A DNA stretch of 64,000 bases from Acidimicrobiia bacterium (GTDB taxonomy: Bacteria > Actinomycetota > Acidimicrobiia > Spongiisociales > ZC4RG35): the NCBI GenBank assembly GCA_965203555.1, contig CBDBCY010000004.1, positions 1,632,001-1,696,000 of the forward strand. The letters are read 5' to 3'. Positions 54,201 through 62,700 of this stretch are shown here, one piece after another; position 1 is the stretch's first letter, and every line of letters starts with the position of its first letter. The position numbers and the translations under genes are program-made. Below the pieces are notes generated by a model, which did not search any database, was not told where the DNA came from, and was given only the letters and a program-made list of their open reading frames with translations.

Positions 54201-56516
54201 CTCCACGAGGATTCGCCGCCGCTCCGGCGACAGTGATCCGAGCAGGGCGTGTCCCCTTCGCCACTCCTCCTCGTCTTCACAGCAATCCCGAATGCCCCGG
54301 TAGTGAATCTGCAAGAGCTCCAACTGCTCCAGATTCGGATTGTTGATCCGCCAGCCTCGCTGCAGGTCGTAATAGAGTCGGTAGCCGAGGACCTCCCGGA
54401 GGGTCTTGACCGCGTTCTGGGCGGAAATGCCCTTGGCGCCGGGATTGGTGGCGTAGTCAGCGGGATCCAGGTGCAGATGGTCCAGCACCCTCTGTGCCAC
54501 GACATCATCGGCCAGGCGCCCATCGGGATCGCTCCGGATGGCGGCGAGCAGGGCGCCCCTCAGCAACAGAATCTGCACGAAGTCGTTGAAGTGCCCGGCC
54601 TGGAGGCTTGCGTCCTGGCGGTTGTCCGTGAAGGCCAGGAGCTTTTTGGTCTCATCGTCGAGATCGGTCCCGATGAGGTATTTGAGGGAGGAGAGCGCCA
54701 GCACGGTGGTGGCCGAACTGCGGCCTTCGCTGGACAGTCCCGAGAGTTTGCCGAAGTCACTGCGCTGGCTGCCGTCGTAGTAGGCGTCACAATCGGGATC
54801 GAGACAGAATCGAAACGGACCGGGAATGTACCAGGCGGCCAGACCTTCACCGGTGTTCTCACCGTCGGGGTCGACCTGCACTTCCAAGGGGTGGTAGCGT
54901 CGGTAATAGCGCTTGAGACGGGGTTCGCCGTCGAAGAATTCCAGCCAGTCCTCCGGGAATTGGCCTTCCAGATCTGTCGGATCGAACCTCCCCTCGGGGT
55001 CGGGCATCAAATAGCCGTACTGGAGATCGTCATCTTCGTGGGAACGTTCGGCGAGTTCCCGCGGCTCGAAGCGATGGGGCTGGTCGGCGACCAACGAGGC
55101 CCAGACAGGGAAGTACTCCTGGCCGCACGCTCTGCAGAAGCAGAGGTTGAACAGGCGACGGGTGCGGTCACCCGGTTTGAACTGCTGCCCCTGCGAGGTG
55201 ATGTACCGATCGCCGGGAGCTTCCAAAGTGGAATAGGCGTTCCACGCTCCGCCGATGAACTGGTGCAGGCGGAAAGCGAAGAAGCCCCGACCTTCGGTAT
55301 TTCGACTCCGGTGGGCCGCCAGCAGGAACCCCGAAAGGTACTCCCGGCAAACCTCCGTCCCCAGGCCACTGTCTTCGGAAAGCAGTCGGGAGGCTTCGTG
55401 AACAGTTCTGGGGCGTGATATTCGCCGGAGCCTCCCATCTTCTTCTTCCAGGCCGAGTTTCTGTTCCACCCAGGCGGCCACGGGATGCTTGGCGAGTTGA
55501 TTGTGCGTGGGCCTCTCCGGTACTCCTGCTTCGATAGCCCTCTGCAAGCTGGGTCCGTCGACGGCAGTTTCTTTGTCGGTGACAGGCTTCAGGGTCTCGG
55601 TGATGATGTTGTCGGGGCTGACAGCGACTCCGAACAACTGGCTGGCGACGTGCGCCACCGCCACGTTCCGGTGCCCGGCCGATCCCTCCGAGGCCATGGT
55701 GGCGGAGGTGCCGATGCACAGAAGATCGTCGTTGAACCGCTCCCGGACACGTCGAACCAGCATGGCCACGTCGGCGCCCTGCCGTCCCCGGTAGGTGTGA
55801 AGTTCGTCCAGAACCAGGAACCGAAGACCGGCGGCGTGTTGACGCACCGCCTTGTCGGTTTCGAGAAACCTGGTCATTATCAGTTCGAGCATGACGTAGT
55901 TGGTCAGCAGAATGTCAGGCGGGCTCTGAGCGATCCGTTCGCGGTCCTTCTTGGAGTCCTGGCCGGTGTATCGAGCGAAGGTCACCGGCGCCTGCCCGGC
56001 CCCGTAGCCATGCCCCAGGAACTTCTCCAGCTCCTCGTACTGGCTGTTGCAGAGAGCGTTCATGGGGTAGACGACCACGGCTGTTATTCCTCGACACGGA
56101 TCGCCGGCCCTCTTGCGACGCAGAACGTCGTCGATAATCGGAATGAAGTAGCCGAGTGACTTGCCGGACCCGGTACCGGTGGTCAGGACATAGCTTTCGC
56201 CTCGTCGGGCGACCTCGATGGCATCCGCCTGATGCCGGTGCAACACGAGATCCTGGCCCGACCCGCCGGCGGTTTTGCCGATCCGGAAGATCGTCGCACA
56301 TTCTGCATCGAGGACGCCCCGCAATACGAACTCGTCGATGGAGCCGCCCGGCTCGAAGTTCGGGTTCAACTGGATCAGCGGAGACGGCCAGAAACGCCCG
56401 CCCGCATAAGCCCGGTCGACAGCGTGCCGGATATCCGCCGACCGGATCCGGGTAAAGCTCCTGGAGAACCGCTCATACTCGGCAACCAGTTCCTCGCGGA
56501 AAGCGAAAACATCCAC
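51273..56516 (-). CDS. YprA-like DEAD/DEAH helicase with DUF1998 Zn-binding domain and C-terminal Vsr/DUF559-like nuclease
   Basis: TGTGSGKS, YPMNAL, LDELHTYRG, FTDNRQDAS, TMELGVDI, YAQRSGRAGR, EAAEGGAG, CEAGCYRCLLSYYNQ, PDFAY..IYVDGPHH. Confidence 0.9.
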   Translation of the reverse strand: MDVFAFREELVAEYERFSRSFTRIRSADIRHAVDRAYAGGRFWPSPLIQLNPNFEPGGSIDEFVLRGVLDAECATIFRIGKTAGGSGQDLVLHRHQADAIEVARRGESYVLTTGTGSGKSLGYFIPIIDDVLRRKRAGDPCRGITAVVVYPMNALCNSQYEELEKFLGHGYGAGQAPVTFARYTGQDSKKDRERIAQSPPDILLTNYVMLELIMTRFLETDKAVRQHAAGLRFLVLDELHTYRGRQGADVAMLVRRVRERFNDDLLCIGTSATMASEGSAGHRNVAVAHVASQLFGVAVSPDNIITETLKPVTDKETAVDGPSLQRAIEAGVPERPTHNQLAKHPVAAWVEQKLGLEEEDGRLRRISRPRTVHEASRLLSEDSGLGTEVCREYLSGFLLAAHRSRNTEGRGFFAFRLHQFIGGAWNAYSTLEAPGDRYITSQGQQFKPGDRTRRLFNLCFCRACGQEYFPVWASLVADQPHRFEPRELAERSHEDDDLQYGYLMPDPEGRFDPTDLEGQFPEDWLEFFDGEPRLKRYYRRYHPLEVQVDPDGENTGEGLAAWYIPGPFRFCLDPDCDAYYDGSQRSDFGKLSGLSSEGRSSATTVLALSSLKYLIGTDLDDETKKLLAFTDNRQDASLQAGHFNDFVQILLLRGALLAAIRSDPDGRLADDVVAQRVLDHLHLDPADYATNPGAKGISAQNAVKTLREVLGYRLYYDLQRGWRINNPNLEQLELLQIHYRGIRDCCEDEEEWRRGHALLGSLSPERRRILVEALLDRMRSALCIKTVYLDPNFQEQVRNRSFNQLKEPWGLSEEERLFSHAYMVPRPGTKGRRKDYRTLHVSYRSAFARRFKSQAFWGRDNRHYPAKFDEGVYNAVIDDVLRVLITYGYVESSDLGGGRTGYRIDSSALQWRLAKRSDSPDTSATNAFFRTLYRNVAKLLGVDDRFLHQLEAREHTAQVESDVREEREKRFRKGLEGERVVNGEIEEAGLPVLFCSPTMELGVDISTLNTVYLRNVPPTPANYAQRSGRAGRSGQPALVVTYCAARSPHDQYFFSDPARMVAGAVNPPTIDLANEDLVRSHLQAVWLAETGVSLGTSVPEVLDLESTEVMPLRPDIAAQVGRSLVLEETTRRSRRILATLGRDLSEQFAPWYTDTWLDSAINSASRRFDEAFDRWRSLYRATTSQMKRANRVVNSAAATERERKEAKARYDEAYIQQSLLLDSRRTMNSDFYTYRYLASEGFLPGYNFPRLPLMAFIPGRRGKVARDSFLSRPRFLGLTEFGPQSIIYHEGSTYRVRRIILTVRGEVTTSAALPVQAARICPSCGYGHFGDQKEFERCASCDIRLGEGRRIWNLYRIAQVSTRRATRITSDEEERQRQGYEMVTTLRFSEENGRPRVERAVVEHRGEELLELKYGPAATLWRINLGWRRRKEKSVYGFSVDPNTGEWTKDSQAPTDAEDDRVKEGKTVQRITPFVRDTKNVLVLRPVTDLSTEAMVSLQYALKRGIEQEFQLEESELAAEPLPDRDHRSTILFYEAAEGGAGVLTRLAGDPGAIPRIARRALEVCHYASKSGDWTDADDLEDQQPECEAGCYRCLLSYYNQPDHSSIDRKDEAMVELLCRLTHAERKSLGAFDELTNASTSSLERAWIDFLRENEYRLPDRVQPYLEEYGTRPDFAYANHQTLIYVDGPHHRGNTQKILDARITRRLEDAGFTVVRFPADQASWVGMVGDYAWVFGAGHRMATAQGV

Positions 56517-56553
56517 TTTTCAGGGGCTCCCCGTGCCGCGGCTCGGCATAAGG

Positions 56554-56714
56554 CATCGGAGTCCGTCATACGAGTCGGGCTCTCTCAGGAACATGGACAC
56601 CTCATACAAACACATCTGTCGATCTTTCCACATCCGAACACTGTCTACAAGAGCATATGAAACCGAGACCCGGGACTCAAACGGCGCCAGCATCCAAAAG
56701 ACACCAGTTCCTCG
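56554..56714. repeat. Intergenic ~160-bp dispersed repeat, copy 1
   Basis: Shares CCGTCATACGAGTCGGGCTC, GGACACCTC, AACACATCTGTCGATCTT, ACACTGTCTACA, GAGCATATGAA and TCAAACGGC blocks, in order, with 61780-61936. Confidence 0.9.
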
Positions 56715-56923
56715 ACCACCCTTCCGCGGCCTCGGAGTGGTCATGAAAAGAAGCCGCCCCCGCTATCCAAACCCACCAACAACCCGGACATCAGCCCAGG
56801 GATCACAAACCACAGGGGTCCTCCCCTAGCCTCTCGCAAAGTGTTTGCAACACCCGACTTGTGGAGGAACCCCACCCACAATCGGAGGATTGCCCCGCGC
56901 CCGGGGACGCCCGGGCACTCCCT

Positions 56924-59900
56924 TCACTCTTCAATGAAGAGGTGCCCTCCCGTCTCCCTGAGAACTCTCTGTGCCAAAAGAGAGTCCAGCGTCGATCGGA
57001 AATGCGCCCGAATGGCCGACCCGGCTCGCTTGTATCCAAACAGCCTGCTGGCCTCGACCAACGCCTCTTCTGCTTCAATGCCGAAGCTGATCCTGACGAC
57101 GTGCAGCAGGGCGGTGCCGATTTCCTCCGGAGCGATGGCGTCGACCTTTCGCAACTGCACCGGGGCCTCGTCACGTCGACGAACGGGCACTTCCCGTCGG
57201 CCCGGCAGCCACAGGAAAGAGCCCCTGCGTACCAATCGCTCCTCGGTGACACCCAGGGCGACAGCATCATCCACCTTGGTCTTGATCCTCTTGCTGAAAC
57301 GACTGTTCCCCGACTGCGCGATCCGACGCCCCACTTCGGGTATGTGGACCGGACTCTCCACCTTTACCACCTGCATAATCCATTCCAGCATTTGGCGATC
57401 CGACGCCAGGTGGAGCGGCAGGCCCCGGAGGGTCAGCGTCAGGCTGGCCGTACGGTAGGGAACGGCTTCCATCGAGACCTGCTCCTCTTCCAGGGCAGCG
57501 GCTCGGGTCAGAGGAGCGGGGCCAGGTGAAGCCTCGGGGGTCTGCCCGGAAGTGCGCTCCGCCGCTCCCCTTATGGCCTCCTCCGCCTTGGCCAGCTCGC
57601 GCCGGGGATCCAGGTACCAGTCGGTGCTCCAGATCCGGTGGATGGTCCAATCGAGTCCCTCCAGCACCTGCTGGCGGAGCCGGTCTCGATCCCTGGCCGA
57701 CCGGGAACTGTGATAGCTGGCGCCGTCGCATTCTATGCCCAACAGATACCTGCCGGGTCGTTTGGGGTCCACCACCGCCAGGTCGATGTAGAACCCCGCC
57801 GACCCCACTTGGTGTACGATGTCGTGACCGCGGTTCCGGAGGGCTGCGGCCACCGCCGATTCGAAGGGAGAATCGGCCTCCCTCCCGCTGGGCGCCGACA
57901 CGCCCAACACTCCGGTCTCCGCGTAATGCAGGAACACCTTCAAGGCCTCCACCCCGCGGGCCTTGCTCCTTCTCATATCGAGGTCGGATGCATTGAAGTT
58001 GGCATACACGATGCAGCGCCGGCGTGCCCGTGTTATCAACACATTCAAGCGTCGCTCTCCGCCGTCCTTGTTGAGAGGCCCGAAGTTCATCGACATGTAC
58101 CCTCCCTCCACCTTTCCATAGCCGACACTGATCAGAATCACGTCCCGCTCATCACCCTGAACTGTCTCAAGATTCTTCACGAAGAAGGGTTCGTGGGGGT
58201 GGGCCTGAAAGAAGTCCTCACACGAGCCGTCCTTTCGACGAAGCAACTCCACTTCATCCTCGATCCTCCGGGCCTGGGAAATGCTGAACGCCGCCACCCC
58301 CAATGTGAACTCGGGACTGGAACGAGCGTGGGCCATCACAGCCTGCGCCACCACCCGCGCCTCCCGGACATTGACGCGCCCTCCTCTTCCCCTTCGATAT
58401 AGCCACTCCGGTCCGTGTTGCAGACTCAACCCGGTCTCTTCCTGCCCTTTGTCCGGGCTGGGAAAGACAACCAGCCTGCTGTCGTAGAATTCGTGATTCG
58501 AGACGGCGATCAGAGACTCATGCCGGCTCCGGTAGTGCCAACGAAGCATTCGCTCGGGAGCACCCTGGGCGCAGAACATCCCCAGGATGCTCTCCAAGTC
58601 GGCGGTCTCCGATCTTTCCTCGTCATCCTCGTCACCGGTGTCCAACCGGTCGAAAAAACTCGTCGGGGGAAGCTGTTTCGTATCGCCCACCACCACAGCC
58701 TGCCGGCTACGCAGAATGGCCCCGATCGCTTCGACCGGCCTCACCTGGCTGGCTTCATCGAAGATCACCAGATCGAACGTAACGGAGCCCGGGGGTATGA
58801 ACTTGGCGATCGAAAGAGGGCTCATCATAAACACCGGCTTGATCTGTTGGATGGCATTCCCCGCCTTTGACATCAGCCTCCTCAGGGGAAGGTGACGCCT
58901 CTTCTTCTGAAATTCCCGCTGAAGGACGCCCCTTTGTCCACCACCGTATTGGTGAGGAACCCTGGTCCAGTGTTGCTGCGCGACTATGGCCTGGTTCTCC
59001 TCGAAGACCGACCGATCGAGTTTGCGGAACTGGTTGACCGTCTCCTCATGGGTAACCGCATCCAACTCGAAGAGAATGGGATGCGCCCGCATGGCATCGG
59101 CTATCCAATGCTCGTAACAGACCAGGTCGAAGAGATCGAGAAGACGCCAACCGGCATCCTTCCAGCCGGTGGACAGGTTCACGGCATCCGCGAGACCCTG
59201 GTCACCGGCTTGTTTCTCCATCTGGTTGAACCGTATGATCCCCCGGAGCGCATCCACGTCCGCATGGGCCGCCGTGATCCAGTTCTCCATGGCGGAGAAG
59301 GGGCGGTCGACAAGAGGAACACCATCCGGAGAACGGTCCGTCCTCCACTCCAACAACGACTCGATGGCGCCGAGGGCCTCCACGAGACCATGGTCGGCAC
59401 CACATACGGACTGGATGTTTCCCTCCAGCGCCTCAACATCGATGTCACGATCGAGCATGGCGTGAATGTTGGCGTCCACCTCTCCGTCCGCGGTGTCGGC
59501 GTGGAGTCGAAGAAGCCAGGTCGCGGTCTCCCCGGGTCGCCGGTACCCGCCGAGCGAGGAGCCGAGGTCGAATCCCGGGAAGAGCCTCGCCAGCAGTTCC
59601 TCGTTGTCGGCGATATTCCCACGAAGACGCTGAACCCTCGATATTCCATCGACAACAGCCACTTGGCGGTCCCATTGCTCGGGAACATCGCCTCGGCACA
59701 TCCCTCGCAACAGGTCCCGGGCGCTTCGGTATCTCCCGGACAGACCCCTCCACCACTTGGCGCCGAGTTGGGACAATGTCTGCCGGCATTCGGAGACATC
59801 GCTTTCCCAGGCCTCGGGGACCAAGACCGAACCGTAGGTGTCGTGTATTTCCGCGATTTCCAGGAACTGGAGGCTCATCTTCTCGATCTCCCCGGCCCGA

Positions 59901-61657
59901 CCCGACCACTCCTCGCTCCGATGACGGACATCCTTCAGCCTCGGCGCTTCCATGACGCGCCGCGCCGTGTCGACCAGCATCGCCACCTCTGCCCGGGCCG
60001 GATCCCGAAGCATGGAGGCCGGTTGCAGGAGTTTGCAGAGGGAGGAGACATGCTTCCTCCAAAGCCGCAGCGCCCCCAGAGCAGCCTCCAACTTCCTTCT
60101 GACCTGGCCGGTGTCCATGTACTGAGAGCATCCACTGCGCCAGTAGATGTGTTGGGAGGGCACTCCGATGGACTTGACCAGCGCCTGGAGGTTACCGATC
60201 AGTTGGCGACGCTCGTCAAAGTCCTGACGAGTCCACCGCGCGCAGTCCTTCATCTCCAGAACAGGCCACTCGACCCGCGGGTGGGAGATCCGTATCTGGT
60301 GGGCTCGTCCGATCACCTGGTTGGGTGTGAATCCGACTGCTCCAATGGGAGCATTCACGGCACGGGCGTACTCATTCAAGCGTTCGCGATTGGACTGCAG
60401 CAGGTTCCGATCCTGCTGCACATCCCGGAACTGAGGCTCCCCCAGTTCAAGGGTCCGCTTCAATTCGTGAAGAACAGAGCGCTTATTGGCGGTGTGGCTG
60501 TGCAATTCCAAACAGGCGTCCCCGATGTGAACCTTGTCCAACCGCCTTTTCACAACTTCCAGGGCGGCCATCTTCTCGGCTACGAACAGGACCGTCTTCC
60601 CATCGGCGATTGCCTCGGCGATCAGATTCGTTATGGTCTGGGACTTACCCGTTCCCGGAGGACCCTGAATGACCAGGTTCCTTCCCTGCTTGGCATCCAC
60701 AACGGCCAGCGTCTGGGAACTGTCGCTGTCGACGACCGGGTGCATATCGGACACATCGAGCAACTCGTCCAGGTGGTCTTTGTCGGTAATCGTGGGAGGG
60801 TCTTCACGAAAGCCGTCCTCGCCATACAGGGCTCCAACAAGAGGATGATCTCCCGGTGGGCTGTCGGCGGGCCACGCCTTCGAGTCGAGATCCTTGTAGA
60901 TCAGGAGTTTGCTGAACGAGAAGAACCCGAGATTGATGGCGGTGCTGTCCACTGACCATCTGGCCTGTGGCGCCACGGCCTCGGTTACACCCGCCAAGTA
61001 AGCGTCCACATCCAGATCTTCAGCATCCGGGAGCGGCGGCAGTTCGATCGAAAAGTCCGCCTGGAGCTTGGTCTCCAACGACAGGTTGCCGTTTATCTCC
61101 TCCTCGGTCCATCGCACATTGAAGCGCGTGCCGCCGCTGGATTTCCTCAACTCCACCGGCACCAGCACCAGGGGCGCCGCTCTCCGAAGGTCGCTGGAGT
61201 CGGACTCATACCAGAGCAGTTGACCCAAGGCCAGGTAAAGGATGTTGACGCCCTGTTCCTCTATGGAGAGGTGGGCTCGGCGAAAAGTGTTCCTGAGACG
61301 CAGGGCGATGCGATCCGGCGGGTAGGGGGTTTGGAGCTTGTTGTCGACATGCCGGTCCGCGGGCTGATCGAAGTTGCTCTCGGCCTCCGCCATCAGCGAA
61401 AGCAATTCCTCCGGGATGTCATACCGGTCGTCGTCGGGACCGCCCTCGCCATGCGCGCCGGCCGCCTGGAAGTACATGACTTTGCCCTGCCTGACCATGA
61501 TCCTGAAGACTTCCCGGGGTATTTCATCTGTGACCTTCACTCCGCTCGCCTTGAGTTCGCGGAAGTTGAGCAATGGATTCCTCAGGCTCAGGTCCAGAAC
61601 ATCACTGCGCGATTTGTCGAGCTTGTCTGCAATAGACAACGGGCGTCGATCAGCCAT
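56924..61657 (-). CDS. DUF4011 + SF1 helicase + Vsr-like (MTES_1575-type) nuclease + DUF3320 protein, Hhe-like defence protein
   Basis: LDLSLRNPLLNF, EEQGVNILYLALG, QGPPGTGKSQTI, FDEASQ, VGDTKQLPPT, VQGDERD, RRLNVLITRAR, GIECDGASYHS..ARDRDRLRQ, RIWSTDW. Confidence 0.88.
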   Translation of the reverse strand: MADRRPLSIADKLDKSRSDVLDLSLRNPLLNFRELKASGVKVTDEIPREVFRIMVRQGKVMYFQAAGAHGEGGPDDDRYDIPEELLSLMAEAESNFDQPADRHVDNKLQTPYPPDRIALRLRNTFRRAHLSIEEQGVNILYLALGQLLWYESDSSDLRRAAPLVLVPVELRKSSGGTRFNVRWTEEEINGNLSLETKLQADFSIELPPLPDAEDLDVDAYLAGVTEAVAPQARWSVDSTAINLGFFSFSKLLIYKDLDSKAWPADSPPGDHPLVGALYGEDGFREDPPTITDKDHLDELLDVSDMHPVVDSDSSQTLAVVDAKQGRNLVIQGPPGTGKSQTITNLIAEAIADGKTVLFVAEKMAALEVVKRRLDKVHIGDACLELHSHTANKRSVLHELKRTLELGEPQFRDVQQDRNLLQSNRERLNEYARAVNAPIGAVGFTPNQVIGRAHQIRISHPRVEWPVLEMKDCARWTRQDFDERRQLIGNLQALVKSIGVPSQHIYWRSGCSQYMDTGQVRRKLEAALGALRLWRKHVSSLCKLLQPASMLRDPARAEVAMLVDTARRVMEAPRLKDVRHRSEEWSGRAGEIEKMSLQFLEIAEIHDTYGSVLVPEAWESDVSECRQTLSQLGAKWWRGLSGRYRSARDLLRGMCRGDVPEQWDRQVAVVDGISRVQRLRGNIADNEELLARLFPGFDLGSSLGGYRRPGETATWLLRLHADTADGEVDANIHAMLDRDIDVEALEGNIQSVCGADHGLVEALGAIESLLEWRTDRSPDGVPLVDRPFSAMENWITAAHADVDALRGIIRFNQMEKQAGDQGLADAVNLSTGWKDAGWRLLDLFDLVCYEHWIADAMRAHPILFELDAVTHEETVNQFRKLDRSVFEENQAIVAQQHWTRVPHQYGGGQRGVLQREFQKKRRHLPLRRLMSKAGNAIQQIKPVFMMSPLSIAKFIPPGSVTFDLVIFDEASQVRPVEAIGAILRSRQAVVVGDTKQLPPTSFFDRLDTGDEDDEERSETADLESILGMFCAQGAPERMLRWHYRSRHESLIAVSNHEFYDSRLVVFPSPDKGQEETGLSLQHGPEWLYRRGRGGRVNVREARVVAQAVMAHARSSPEFTLGVAAFSISQARRIEDEVELLRRKDGSCEDFFQAHPHEPFFVKNLETVQGDERDVILISVGYGKVEGGYMSMNFGPLNKDGGERRLNVLITRARRRCIVYANFNASDLDMRRSKARGVEALKVFLHYAETGVLGVSAPSGREADSPFESAVAAALRNRGHDIVHQVGSAGFYIDLAVVDPKRPGRYLLGIECDGASYHSSRSARDRDRLRQQVLEGLDWTIHRIWSTDWYLDPRRELAKAEEAIRGAAERTSGQTPEASPGPAPLTRAAALEEEQVSMEAVPYRTASLTLTLRGLPLHLASDRQMLEWIMQVVKVESPVHIPEVGRRIAQSGNSRFSKRIKTKVDDAVALGVTEERLVRRGSFLWLPGRREVPVRRRDEAPVQLRKVDAIAPEEIGTALLHVVRISFGIEAEEALVEASRLFGYKRAGSAIRAHFRSTLDSLLAQRVLRETGGHLFIEE

Positions 61658-61779
61658 GCAGCTCGGCCTCTTTCATAGGGCGGGCCGGGGTGAACAAGTG
61701 CCACCAGGCAACCAGTTCCCAGCGGAGAGCCGAAGCGCCCATCGTTCAGGAGCTGTGCATGGTACAGATCGTCTTGAGC

Positions 61780-61936
61780 CATCGGCGCCCGTCATACGAG
61801 TCGGGCTCCCTCGGGAGCACGGACACCTCCACACAACACATCTGTCGATCTTCCACCTTGGCACACTGTCTACAGGAGCATATGAACCCGAGGCCTGGGA
61901 TTCAAACGGCCCGGCATCAAGACACCGGCATCCTCG
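61780..61936. repeat. Intergenic ~160-bp dispersed repeat, copy 2
   Basis: Same-orientation diverged copy of 56554-56714. Confidence 0.9.
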
Positions 61937-62096
61937 CACCTGGTTCTGGGCGTAAGGTTGGTTGAGGAAGGCAAATCAGGTCTGGAGGCGCTCATGACCG
62001 GAAGCCGCTAAAATTCCGCCCGTGGCAGACACTGAACAACACGCCGGTGGTCATCGTTGTCCTTCTTTCGCCCCTGACGAGGAGGAGTACGAACTG

Positions 62097-62384
62097 ATGA
62101 GCCGGTCAGACGAATACGACTACGAGAATTACGATGACTACCAAGACCCCGATGACGCCATCTTCTGGGTCCCTCATCAGCAAGAAGCAAGGATGGTGCG
62201 GTTCAACAGATTGACGGTCACCATTGGCGATATCATCACCAAGTGCGGTTACCCGGAAAACGAACGGGAGCGTCTCACCGCCTTGCACCGTCGATTGGCG
62301 GAAGAATTCCTGGATGACTATCGGGGCCCTCGAACCGGACCCGTTCCGCTCCTGGAGGAAACCCGGCCCTCCCCGGTGGTTTGA
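62097..62384 (+). CDS. Small acidic hypothetical protein
   Basis: Strong RBS GAGGAGGAG before the ATG; 95-aa ORF. Confidence 0.55.
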   Translation: MSRSDEYDYENYDDYQDPDDAIFWVPHQQEARMVRFNRLTVTIGDIITKCGYPENERERLTALHRRLAEEFLDDYRGPRTGPVPLLEETRPSPVV

Positions 62385-62393
62385 TCGCCGCCA

Positions 62394-62675
62394 GTGCCTT
62401 ACTGGCCACCGAGTCATACCCTAATCTCCATCTATGACTCAGCGTTGAAACGAGTCCTCCACGAAGACATCCGGCATGTGCTGTCCCTCCACCCTCTGCA
62501 ACTCTTCGTCTTCGAATTCGCCAAGACTCATCCCGAATGGGACCGTTTCTACAAGAGCAGAAGCACCAGAGTTGTAGGTCTTACCTCCGATAATCACATG
62601 CTAGAAGTCGTACTGCGTCGGGACGGACGGGCCGAGAACGAGCGGTGCATAGTGTTCCATGCCCGCTATCTGTAA
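62394..62675 (+). CDS. Putative BrnT/DUF4258-like RNase toxin
   Basis: SALKR..EDIRHVL ... VVGLTSDNHMLEVV ... IVFHARYL pattern. Confidence 0.45.
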   Translation: MPYWPPSHTLISIYDSALKRVLHEDIRHVLSLHPLQLFVFEFAKTHPEWDRFYKSRSTRVVGLTSDNHMLEVVLRRDGRAENERCIVFHARYL

Positions 62676-62700
62676 TGTTGTTCCCCTCCTGCCTCCGGCC

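Noticed and set aside
58892-60955. Long antisense ORFs (also 6800-8347, 29001-30482, 48778-50112, 37334-38500)
   Set aside because: Shadow frames of well-supported genes in GC-rich DNA, with no motifs.
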